64,000 nucleotides of DNA from Anthoceros angustus (taxonomy: Eukaryota; Plantae; Anthocerotophyta), in assembly GCA_010909165.1 (NCBI GenBank), contig VJWM01000151.1:186001-250000 (forward strand), read 5' to 3'. The notes under the pieces are model-generated. The model searched no databases. It saw only the letters and a list, made by a program, of their open reading frames with translations, and was not told the origin of the DNA. Shown in pieces: positions 48,585 through 59,485 of this stretch (positions are counted from its first letter, which is position 1; the number at the start of each line of letters is the position of its first letter). Position numbers and translations under genes: made by a program.

Positions 48585-50869
48585 ATGTCGAACATGGAGT
48601 CTTTGGATGTTCCAGACGACATTAAGGAAATCCTGACTCCAGAGCAGAAGGCGCTGCTGATTGAGCGCCGAAAGCTGCCAGCCGAAATTAAGGAGCAAGT
48701 AATCGGGGCAGATTCTAAAGGAGAAGCCAGAGGTGGTGCCAACCAGCAAGATGAAACGGGTTTTCCTAAAGCACAAGCCAGGGGTAGTGCCAACCAGCAA
48801 GATGACACGGGTTTTGCCGTTGTTGCTTGCCGGACCCCTGATTCTCCACCAGATGCAAGATATCAAAGTGCGTCACAAGGGGTTAGGTTACTGGCCCTTG
48901 ATAATGGGTGCTGTGTTTTCTGGTCCTGCCACTGGCTCAGTTTTCTGTTGCTTCCACTTGGTGGAGTTTTCTGTTGCTTCCCTGGTGCAGTTTTCTGTTC
49001 CTTCCATTGGGGCAGTTTCCTAATTCCTAAGGACATTTCTAGGAATCATTCTAATTTTACGGACATTTTCAGGATTCAGGTGCCATCCAGGTGTATATGC
49101 ATACTGGGCGTCCTCCTGGGCAGGAGCTGTATCAGCCTCCTCCTCATGCACAAAACTCCCGGTATCTGCCGCAGCCTCATCCTCACCAGTTGGATCTGTC
49201 GCAACGACAACAAGAACCATCTCAGCAATTGCAAAAACGGAAGCACCAGCCTCAACCGCCTCAGCAACCGCACATGTTTCATCAGTATCCGCCTCAGCAA
49301 TTGCACCAACAGAGTCACCGTCCTCAGCAACTACACCAGCAGAATCAGCGATACTTGGCTCAGCAGAATCAGCGATTCTTCCCTCAGAAGGCGGTATTTG
49401 ATAGAGGGTATCCAACCAGCCAATGGGGGCCTAATCCGAGCACTCCGATGCTAGACTATGAGAGTCACCAAAATTTGCCATGCACGGGAAGCTATGACAG
49501 TCAACAAAATTTGGACAGCAGGTTCTACACGGCAGATCAGAGGCTGGTGCCACCGAGGAAAGGTTATCAAAGTGCTTCCAACAGGGTGGATGAGACTGCA
49601 GCCAACAAAAGGGTTGGGGTGGACGAGACTGCTCTCACCAGGGTACAGGAGAGTGGGGATAAGAGGGCTTTAAGCTACTGGGAGAAGAGGGGTCTGCCGA
49701 CTGACGGCATACTCTTAAACAAGAAGATGTATCTGTGCGGCCTCACACCTGATAGGGTGCTCTTCAAGTATTTTACTAAAATACAGGGGTCTTTGGTCCC
49801 TGATCGGCCTATGGATAAGAAAATGCAGGAGAACATGGAAGTTTTGTATGAGAAGATCTTTGAGAGACCGTTGAACGTATTAGATGGGAAGGTGAGCATG
49901 AAGTTTGGGAGAGCCTTTATTGCCCAGGAACTGAAGAAAAAGAAATTCAATTGGGCTCAGTATGCTATGTCGGAATATATACGTATTGCAGACAGAAATG
50001 CGAAGAAAGCTTTGGCTTTGAAGAGGAGACAGTCGAAGCCGATGGTAGAAAATGACCACGATGCTGAAGGAGATGGTGATTGGGATGGAGACGGTGATGG
50101 GGATGGGGACGGCGATGGAGAATGGGAAGCTGAAGGTGAGGGCGAAGGGTTAGGTGAAGGTCATGACGTAGATGATATGAAACTGGACACCCAATACCAA
50201 ATTTCCGGGCAGGCTGAAGAGGTGGAGTTCGGTGAGAGCGACCGTCACGCTCACTTGCCTTACACGCCCACCACTCCTTCTGAGACCCAAACGCACACGC
50301 ATATCCGCGGTAAGTTGGATGAAGACATCCAGAAACTGAGAGTTGAATTGCAGAGAGGTCTCATGCTGACAGACTTTAAGGACGAGATGCTTGGTGAGTT
50401 TGATAGGTGCGTTATGCCCTACCTGTCTGAAAAGTGCAAAGTGGAGCAGGACAAGGCGGACCTAAATCAAGCACTAGTTCTGGCCGAGAATAAGTGTAGG
50501 CTCCTGGAGGCCGATCTATACTCTGCCAAGGGCAAGAAGGACATGGAGAGCTTTTGTGTCCACGAGGGCATTCAATCTCTCCAGGCTGTTGTTGCAAGGA
50601 AGCCTGCGGAGTCCGCGGACCCTGAAACAGTCGAAACGAATCTGGCAGCCGCGAAGAAATGGATCCAGGAATTGAAGGAAGGGTGCATGCACGTTGGGTA
50701 CTCAAAGCACGGGGTCCAAGAACAGGAAAAGGCATACGAGAAGTTTGCTGCAGAGCATGCTGCGGCCTCGGCTGAGCGGATTGCCCTCACCAGGAAGCTC
50801 AACCAGCTTCAGGCCTTACGGTCGATTGGAGATACGGAAGATGCCAGCAACAAGCGTCTCAAACTCTGA
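48585..50869 (+). CDS. Uncharacterised protein X2 (~697 aa; exons 48585-48881, 49073-50869)
   Basis: Exon 1 MSNMESLDVPDDIKE..; GT at 48882, T-rich intron, TTTTCAG at 49072 joining in frame to the 592-aa ORF. Q/P-rich region, globular YWEKRG..NWAQYA block, DG repeats, C-terminal helical domain, terminal KRLKL. Confidence 0.8.
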
Positions 50870-51030
50870 CCAGGCACGTACACACTAGTGTGCCACTGTC
50901 TAAGTTGGGCGATGAACAGTTCTCGCTGGAACCTCATGAACCTCACCTCATGAACCTCATGGGAACCTCATAGACAAGCTCACGAGCAGTTGTTGCCGAA
51001 ACCTCAAAGCCTTTCCCTTCAGCTCATATC

Positions 51031-51325
51031 GTTGCTCGTGTGTTGAAGTTTCGTTGCTCATGTGCTGAAGTTTCGTTGCTCATGTGTTGAAGTTTCGTTG
51101 CTCATGTGTTGAAGTTTCGTTGCTCATGTGTTGAAGTTTCGTTGCTCATGTGTTGAAGTTTCGTTGCTCATATATTCAAGTTTCGTCGCTCATGTGTTGA
51201 AGTTTCGTTGCTCATTTGTTGAAGTTTCGTTGGTCATGTATTCAAGTTTCGTTGCTCATGTGTTGAAGTTTCGTTGCTCATTTGTTGAAGTTTCGTTGCT
51301 CATATATTCATATTTCGTTGCTCAG
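51031..51325. repeat. 22-bp minisatellite x~13 with an emerging 66-bp higher-order unit
   Basis: gttgctcatgtgttgaagtttc; variant order is A-run, then B-A-C-B'-A-C-B''. Confidence 0.95.
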
Positions 51326-51861
51326 ATGTTCAGGCTTGGCTCAAAGAAATAGTGGGCTCACGACGTCTTTGAAGTTCATTTCAACACAAAAGGTTACGTA
51401 CATATCCAATGAGAGCCTATGGATCTAGGAGTTTGTTTTTGTAGGATTTCGGATTGTTTTGAGAGTCTTGCAGGGGTGATATGGCCAAAAAAAAGAGCAT
51501 CCTTACAAAGTAATTATATCTTGTTTTCACCTGATATCATCCCCATGGTTCGTGTTCTTTCATAGTCTAGTATTCTTTGAAAGGGGATATATAATACTTA
51601 TTCCTTTTCAAAGAATTTATCTATACTAAAAGTTCCCGAAAAGTATAGGTGGATAGTCTTATATAGAGGTGTTTTTAGGACTTCTTTGCTCCTCTCATGG
51701 GTAGGTACGCTCCTCTTGGACCTTTTATTTTACATCCCTCTTGTTAGCCTGTCTTGTAGTATCTGTCTATCTATCAGAGCTGCATGCACAATAAAAACAC
51801 ATCTTTTTAAATCTCAAACATGCACGATAAAATGCACGATAAAATTGGCTTCTAGAACCAC

Positions 51862-52130
51862 CCAATGCTAGAGATCCTGCTTATTCAAGACTTGCTTCTC
51901 AATCAACCCAATGCTCGAGATCCTACTTATTCAAGACTTTGCTTCTCAATCAACCCAATGCTAGAGATCCTGCTTATTCAAGACTTGCTTCTCACTCAAC
52001 CCAATGCTAGAGATCTTGCTTATTCAAGACTTGCTTCTCAATCAACCCAATCCTAGAGATCTTGCTTATTTAAGACTTGCTTCTCAATGCTAGAGATCCT
52101 ACTTATTTAAGACTTGCTTCTCAATAAACC
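51862..52130. repeat. 46-bp tandem repeat x~6
   Basis: caatgctagagatcctgcttattcaagacttgcttctcaatcaacc; starts at 51863 and 51909. Confidence 0.93.
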
Positions 52131-52702
52131 GCTGCTCATCCCCTCAATCAAGCTAAACAACAGCTCATCGTCCTATTTAATTAATTTTATTATTTATTTT
52201 AGATCATTTAAAAATAACTATATTATTTCTATTAATTATAATAAATTATAAAAAGATAAAAGCTTATTTGAATGGAGGTGCTATCGAAGTAAGGTAAGGA
52301 AGGAGATTAAAGAAAGGAGATCTTCTATTGAATAAATAAGGTAATGAATGACAAGAGAGGATCATTTCAACGTTTCTAATATTTGGAGCAAGATCATTGA
52401 ATTTAGAAATTCCAAATGTCTTTTTTGTCCGTTTTAAACATGTACAATTAGAGTTTATTTTTGAAGCCACACATGCATTTTTTATTTTTGTCTTATCTTC
52501 AAGAGTGACATCTAGACGTGGATCCATTTGAACTTGATTGTGTGCACAATGACAAAAGCTAAAAAATGGTTGGTTATAACTAGCCTAAAGGTCTTGAGAA
52601 TCTGGGTGCTCCTGTTAGATACACACATACTAAATAGAGATGTGCGGCTTCAGACATACAAATATTAGCATATGCCCCTACACACATAGTTAAGTTTCTT
52701 GT

Positions 52703-52920
52703 GATAAAGTTTGATAGAGTCCACCAGTCAAGCTTACCTAAAAAGTTTAATAGAGTCCACCAGTCAAGCTTACCTATAGTGTTTGATAGAGTCCACCAGT
52801 CAAGCTTACCTATAGAGTTTGATAGAGTCCACCAGTCAAGCTTACCTATAAAGTTTGATAGAGTCCACCAGTCAAGCTTACCTATAAAGTTTCATAGAGT
52901 CCACCACTCAAGCTTACCTC
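52703..52920. repeat. 36-bp tandem repeat x6 (second array 54592-54800)
   Basis: ataaagtttgatagagtccaccagtcaagcttacct units. Confidence 0.93.
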
Positions 52921-53649
52921 AATTACGGGGACTTATAGAATGCCAATCTTGCACAATCTTTTTAGCTTGTGATAGCGGCTTTGTGACAATCTACAGTTCA
53001 AGAGGGCCGTGCATTTGCACCGACATAAACCAATTCTGCACCGTCCTCTAACTGCAACAACTTCCAGTGATGGGGATGCCAGAGCACTAGTACTCCTAAA
53101 GCGAGATGTTGCAGGGCTTACCTTGCCTCCTTCCAACTCATCTGGTGGACACCTTGACTCTCAAACATATCAGGGAATTCGAAGGATTCAAACAGATTAT
53201 AACTTAGATAGAAGTGCAAGTCATGGTTGGGTACTGGAATCGGCCACCGGCCACCGGCCACCTGGTACAATTCAAGAGGACAGCTTCTTCTATATGTAGG
53301 TCTACCCTCATACTCCATTTCCAAGGTCTTCTATCTCTGGAAAACCTCTTGCACGCTTGGTCATCGCCCAAAAGTAGCCTCTCCCTTCCGGATTACGTTC
53401 ATCACAGGCAGCTGCTGCACTAACGACCCTTTTCCTTAAGAGTCCATGCATTGCATATAAACACAAGCTTAAAGTACTAAATTAGTCGAACTAGAAATTA
53501 TTTATAACAGTTAAATTATTTTATGATTTTTCAAGTTGTGCCAAGAAAGACATGCGAAATGAAATCGTATTGTATGTATTTGATTTTTTTTTCTTCTAAT
53601 TATTTGAGGTAACTAATCGCTTGTATTTTATGTCCGTTTCAATAAGAAG

Positions 53650-54060
53650 TGAAATTAGTGAAACAAAATTGCTGCGTTTCTACAAGCCACCACCTCCTCC
53701 AAGTAAGTCCATACGCCTTGCGTCTCCTCTCTCTCCCTTATCCCATAGGCTTGACACTTATAAACAGTATTTTCGTACTTTATCCAATTCTGGGAAACCA
53801 GTGCTCCCTCTTTACCTTCGCATCCCTGTGTCTTTCAAATTAAGGATGATTATAGGTAATCTTCGTGTCGAGTCTCACCGTCTTAGGATTGAGACGGATA
53901 GATGGCTACTTCCTAAGCCACCAAAGGAGTCTAGAATCTGCAGGTTATGCAACAGGGGGTGGAGACTGAAGAACACTTTGTGTTCCTCTGTCACATCTAT
54001 GAAGATATTCGGTGGAATTTTATCCCTCTATTTACAACAGCACGATCTTCACTTCACGTT
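53650..54060 (+). mobile_element. LINE ORF2 3' fragment (post-RT CCHC region); second copy ~55500-55900
   Basis: IGNLRVESHRLRIETDRW..ESRICRLC, then after a frameshift GVETEEHFVFLCHIYEDIR: the C-X2-C..H..C motif of LINE C-termini. Confidence 0.8.
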
Positions 54061-56603
54061 TTCTCTTTTCCGATCCTATTTAATTAATTTTATTATTTAT
54101 TTTAGATCATTTAAAAATAACTATATTATTTCTATTAATTATAATAAAATTATAAAAAGATAAAAGCTTATTTGAATGGAGGTGCTATCAGTAAGGTAAG
54201 GAAGGAGATTAAAGAAAGGAGATCTTCTATTGAATAAATAAGGTAATGAATGACAAGAGGATCATTTCAACGCTTTCTAATATTTGGATAAGATCATTGA
54301 ATTTAGAAATTCCAAATGTCTTTTGTCCGTTTTAAACATGTACAATTAGAGTTTATTTTTGAAGCCACACATGCATTTTATTTTTGTCTTATCTTCAAGA
54401 GTGACATCTAGACGTGGATCCATTTTGAACTTGATTGTGTGCACAATGACAAAAGCTAAAAATGGTTGGTTATAACTAGCCTAAAGGTCTTGAGAATCAC
54501 GGGTGCTCTGTTAGATACACATACTAAATAGAGATGCTACCAGACATACAAATATTAGCATATGCCCCTACACACATAGTTAAGTTTCTTGTGATAAAGT
54601 TTGATAGAGTCCACCAGGTCAAGCTTACCTAAAAGTTTAATAGAGTCCACCTCATCAAGCTTACCTATAGTGTTTGATAGAGTCCACCAGTCAAGCTTAC
54701 CTATAGAGTTTGATAGAGTCCACCACCAAGCTTACTATAAAGTTTGATAGAGTCCATCAAGCTTACTATAAAGTTTCATGAGTCCACCACTCAAGCTTAC
54801 CCCTCAATTCACGGGACTTATAGAATGCCAATCTTGCACAATCTTTTTAGCTTGTGATAGCGGCTTTGTGACAATCTACAGTTCAAGAGGGCGTGCATTT
54901 GCAATCGTACATAAACCAATTGCACCGTCCTCTAAGCGCAACAACTTCCGATGATGGGGATGCCGAGCACTAGTACTCCTAAAGCGAGATGTTGCGGGCT
55001 TACCTTGCCTCCTTCCAACTCATCCGGTGGACACCTTGACTCTCAAACATATCGAGAATTCAAGGATTCAAAGCAGTTATAACTTAGATAGAAGTGCAAG
55101 TCATGGTTGGAGTCGGAATCGACCCACACCGCCACCTAGTACAATTCAAGAGGACAGCTTCTATATGTAGGTCTACCCTCATACTCCATTTCAAGGTCTT
55201 CTATCTGGAAAACCTCTTGCACGCTTGGTCATCGCCCAAAGTAGCCTCTCCGGACACGTTCATCACAGTGCACTAACGACCCTTTTCCTTAAGAGTCCAT
55301 GCATTGCATAAACACAAGCTTAAAGTACTAAATTAGTCGAACTAGAAATTATTTATAACAGTTAAATTATTTTATGATTTTTCAAGTTGTGCCAAGAAAG
55401 ACATGCGAAATGAAATCGTATTGTATGTATTTTGATTTTTTTTTCTTCTAATTATTTGAGGTAACTAATCGCTTGTATTTTTGTATCCGTTTCAATAAGA
55501 AGTGAAATTAGTGAAACAAAGGCGTTTCTACAAGCCACCACCTCCTCCAAGTAAGTCCATCGCCTTGCGTCTCCTCTCTCTATCCCATAGGCTTGACAGC
55601 GGTATTTTCGCATTTTTATCCAATTCTGGGAAACCAGTGCTCCCTCTTTACCTTCGCATCCCTGTGTCTTTCAAATTAAGGATGATTATAGGTAATCTTC
55701 GTCGAGTCTCACCGTCTTAGGATTGAGACGGATAGATGGCTAAGCCACCACCAAAGGAGTCTAGAATCTGCAGGGTTATACAGGTGGAGATCAAGAACAC
55801 TTTGTGTTCCTCTATCACATCTATGAAGATATTCGGGGGAATTTTATCCCTCTATTTACAACAGCACGATCTTCACTTCGCCGCTTTTTCTCTTTTCCTG
55901 ATCCTATTTCTGTAGGTGTCTGCCTAAAGCAAATGTGGGAGAAGCGGACTCAACATTTTCAAGAGTTCAACATACATGACATTACATAATGATTCATGTC
56001 ACTAGTTCTCAGGCCAGATTCAGAATAGCGGTTAATTTTTCATTATACCTTCTTCGTATGTATGACAAATCAGTCCCATGACAGAAACCATCCTTAGTGG
56101 ATTTAAATAAAATTTTTCCCTCTCACCTGAAATCGACTAGACACCAGTTTACAGGCTAGCGTTGCATAGACTTTATAAACTAAACTAGGATCCATTGATC
56201 CATTTTGATGACAGGAAGCGGGAGCCGAACACCTGGAACCTTTTGGCTCGCATTTCTGAAAATCTGCGTCCGAGTTTCCTTGTGATACCATTGATGCCGC
56301 GTGGCGTTTCTACACCGTCGCATTCCCCGCAATGTCTCAAAGATAGCCTCGTGGCAAGTGCTTCCTGGCGCCACCTGTGTCCGGCCGCTCCGACTGGAGC
56401 CAAAACATGAGCTTGTAGACCACGCGCGGGAGCTGCGTGCGAGGAGCGTTCGAAAGCACTGCCTTCGTTGCGTTCCACAGACCATCTGCTCCGCTGTCGA
56501 TCACATCGGTCAAGGTTCCACAGAAATTGCATCTGTCTCTCCTGTTTGATCGCTTCAGCTGCGTCAAGCTTCCTTTGCTGGCTGCCGGCTCTCAATTCCA
56601 ACA

Positions 56604-58614
56604 ATGGCGGCTCTTACAGCCGGTTTCAGAAGCGTGGTGAAGTGTGGCAGCCTGTCCGAGTGCTACCCGGGGCCACAAAGACAGGAATGCTCTGCGCACA
56701 GTGGCTATGGCGTTGTGAGAGTGAGGTCTAGCCGGTTGGCGGAGCCTGGGTTGAGGTACTCCGGAAGCCGAGGGAGAAGCCGCACCCCGGCGCAGTTCCT
56801 GCCGCCTGCACGCGGTGGCAGGAGCGGAAGCAGTGCAGGAGGCCGCCGGAGCTGAGGAAGTTGTGTTGAATGCGGTGGAAGTTAGTCCTGGTGAGGTTGA
56901 GGCCGAGCCCCAGGAGACGGTGTCTCGCGGCGGCAACATTGAGGCTGATTGGAGCAAGATCATCATGATCCAGGTAGGAGGCTCTTTGAGGCTGTGGAAG
57001 CTTGAACATTGTGTTCGAAGTTGATCTATGTAGGTTCTGGTGGCTGTGGCACGTTTTCTGATGGAAAGGCTCGCTGCCAGGGGTTTAATTGGGAGTCTTG
57101 GAAGCATAAGGATGGATGGTACAATGTGTTGAAGAAGAATGTTGATGATTTGGCGGAAGCTGGTGTGACGGATATTTGGTTTCCTCCGGCCACGCACTCT
57201 GTGGCGCCTCAAGGTAACTATTGCAATTGCCTCACACTCTGGCACAGTATGATATCACTTGTGTTCAATGTCAGGCAGCTTTCACGCGGATTGACTCCGT
57301 CATTTGATTTTGTTCTATCCAGCTTGCACAAATGACTAGTGTGCACAAGCACGATTCTGGACAGTGATTCATCTAGGTTTCGAGAAAATGTTGACAGTGT
57401 GCTTGTGATGTGCGGGGGCGCAGGTTACATGCCTAACAGGCTCCTGGATCTGGACAACACCGAGTACGGGAACGAGGATGAGCTCAAGGCTGTGATTGAT
57501 GCCTTCCACCAAGGGAGTGCGCTGCATTGCCGACATCGTCATCAACCACCGGTGCGCGGACAGGCAGGATGAGAGAGGCGAGTGGTGCCTGTTCGAAGGG
57601 GAACCCCGGACGACCGGCTGGACTGGGGCCCATGGGCTATCGCTGGGAACGACTACCCCTACAGCGATGGCTCCGGCAACCCTGACACCGGGAGGACTTC
57701 GGTGCGGCTCCCGACCTGGACCACACCAACCCCACGGTGCAGGATGAGCTTTCCGACTGGATGAGGTGGCTCAAGGTGGACATCGGCTTCGATGGCTGGA
57801 GGTTCGACTTTGCCAAGGGTTTCGCAGGCGGATATGTGGGCATGTACATCGAGCGGACGCAGCCCCAGTTTTCTGTGGGGGAGGTCTGGACTACCTGCAG
57901 ATACGGCGATCAGGGGCTGGATTACAACCAGGATAGCCATCGTCAGGAGCTGGTGGACTGGGTGCATGCCACCGGTGATCGAGCAACGGCTTTCGACTTC
58001 ACTACCAAGGGAATCCTGCAGCAGGCTGTGAACGGGGAGTTGTGGAGGCTGAGGGATAACAACAACAAGCCTCCGGGTATGCTGGGGTATTGGCCTTCCA
58101 GGGCAGTCACCTTCATCGACAACCACGACACGGGATCCACGCAGGCTCACTGGCCCTTCCCGGCTGACAAAGTCATGCAGGGATATGCTTACATAATGAC
58201 GCACCCCGGCATTCCCTGCATTGTAAGCTTTTTTTTCTTCTACCTGGCCTGCTCTTCCTGTTCCTGGCATCATTTAACGCAGCTAATTGGTAACCTGCGC
58301 TGGTGACTGATACACCTCTTGGTGTTTGGATGGTGCAGTTCTATGACCACTATTTTGATTGGGGGTTGAAGGAAGAGCTGAGAAACTTCATCAGCATCAG
58401 AAACCGCAACGGAATCAACTCCCGGAGCAACGTGGACATTGTGACCGCAGAGAACGATGTGTATGTTGCACGGATTGATGATCGAGTAGTGATGAAGATT
58501 GGGGACAGAATTGAGATTGGTGATTTGGCACCCAGCTTGGATGAATACAATGTGGCAGCAGTAGGCAACGGTTACTGCATTTGGGAGAAATCCCAACCTC
58601 TCGAACAACAGTAA
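56604..58614 (+). CDS. AMY1: Alpha-amylase (GH13, plant family-1-like), 4 exons: 56604-56973, 57081-57213, 57424-58222, 58339-58614
   Basis: Same motifs and intron positions as the minus copy; catalytic regions RFDFAKG, GEVW and DNHDT intact. Frameshifts lie only in homopolymers. Confidence 0.92.
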
Positions 58615-59485
58615 CAAAAACGCGCACCGTAGGTTGTGCATGGTTAGAGGTGGCTGTACAACAGAAACAGGCAGACTGTAAAAAGGTAGATAATTTATGT
58701 ACATTAAGATCTGATTCAAAGTTTGAAGAGGAACATGCAGTTATGCGCATGTCAGTCTGCCTGTTCAAATTAGAAGGCCAGGTCCCCCGCAGAACAAACA
58801 GAAACTGGTAGAATGTAAAAAGGTAGAGAAGTTATGTACATTGATGTTATCATTGAAAATTTGAGGGGATATATGCAGTGTCCATGTCAGTCTGCTTGTT
58901 GAAATAGAAGGCGCACTGGTAAATAGCAGCTGCCAGTTCCCTCGCAGAACAAACGGAGAGCAGATCATATCCAGTACAAATGGGAAATAGATCATATCTA
59001 AAACAAACGTCACAACGTCTATGGCTCGAGTCGAAATTCTAGGCGAGGTAGCTGCCTGTCAGAACTGGCAGAATGCATGCATATCCAGTTCTAGTATGCT
59101 TCGAAGATGTACATTTTCCTCGTCTGTCAGAATCGGGAATCAAAGAACGTTAGCTGACAGGCTGGGCAACTCAACCTACATAGTAGCTTGTCCTCAACCT
59201 GGGTTCTGCTTTTTTCTATTTTCCTAAAGCTAACAAAGGACGCTGAGAAGCTGGAGCTAGTGTGAATGCTACAAATCTGTTCACATGCCTGCAGCCTCTC
59301 CTGTGGCGCCTTCGGATGGTCAGAGGGGACAACAAATCTGTTATTTAGTCCCCGATCTAGTTAGGTTGCTGGGCTGGAGTACTGGTGGGTAGGAGACAGG
59401 TCCTAGCATGCATCCAGAAGGAAGTTTACGAGCTTGGACAAATAACCTGTGCTGCTAGCCTGCCTTGTCTTTGGGCCAGCGAAAG

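Larger units (their letters stand above)
52168..55910. repeat. ~1.9-kb tandem duplication (52168-54070; 54070-55910)
   Basis: 'tcctatttaattaattttattatttattttagatcattt' starts both copies; the second copy has many small deletions. Confidence 0.92.

Noticed and set aside
48495-49454. 319-aa ORF as an independent gene
   Set aside because: Only 48585-48881 looks coding; the rest reads through a T-rich intron and then out of frame with X2 exon 2.
51031-52920. 22-, 46- and 36-bp repeat arrays as CRISPR-like arrays
   Set aside because: Units are directly adjacent with no unique spacers, no cas genes are present, and the context is eukaryotic.
45340-56210. Spacer between amylases as one TIR transposon or Helitron
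   Set aside because: No terminal inverted repeats, TSD, transposase or Rep/helicase motifs found.
42953-58600. Amylase inverted repeat as a fold-back read artefact
   Set aside because: The arms differ by many substitutions in introns and promoter, have different 3' ends, and enclose 11 kb of unique sequence.
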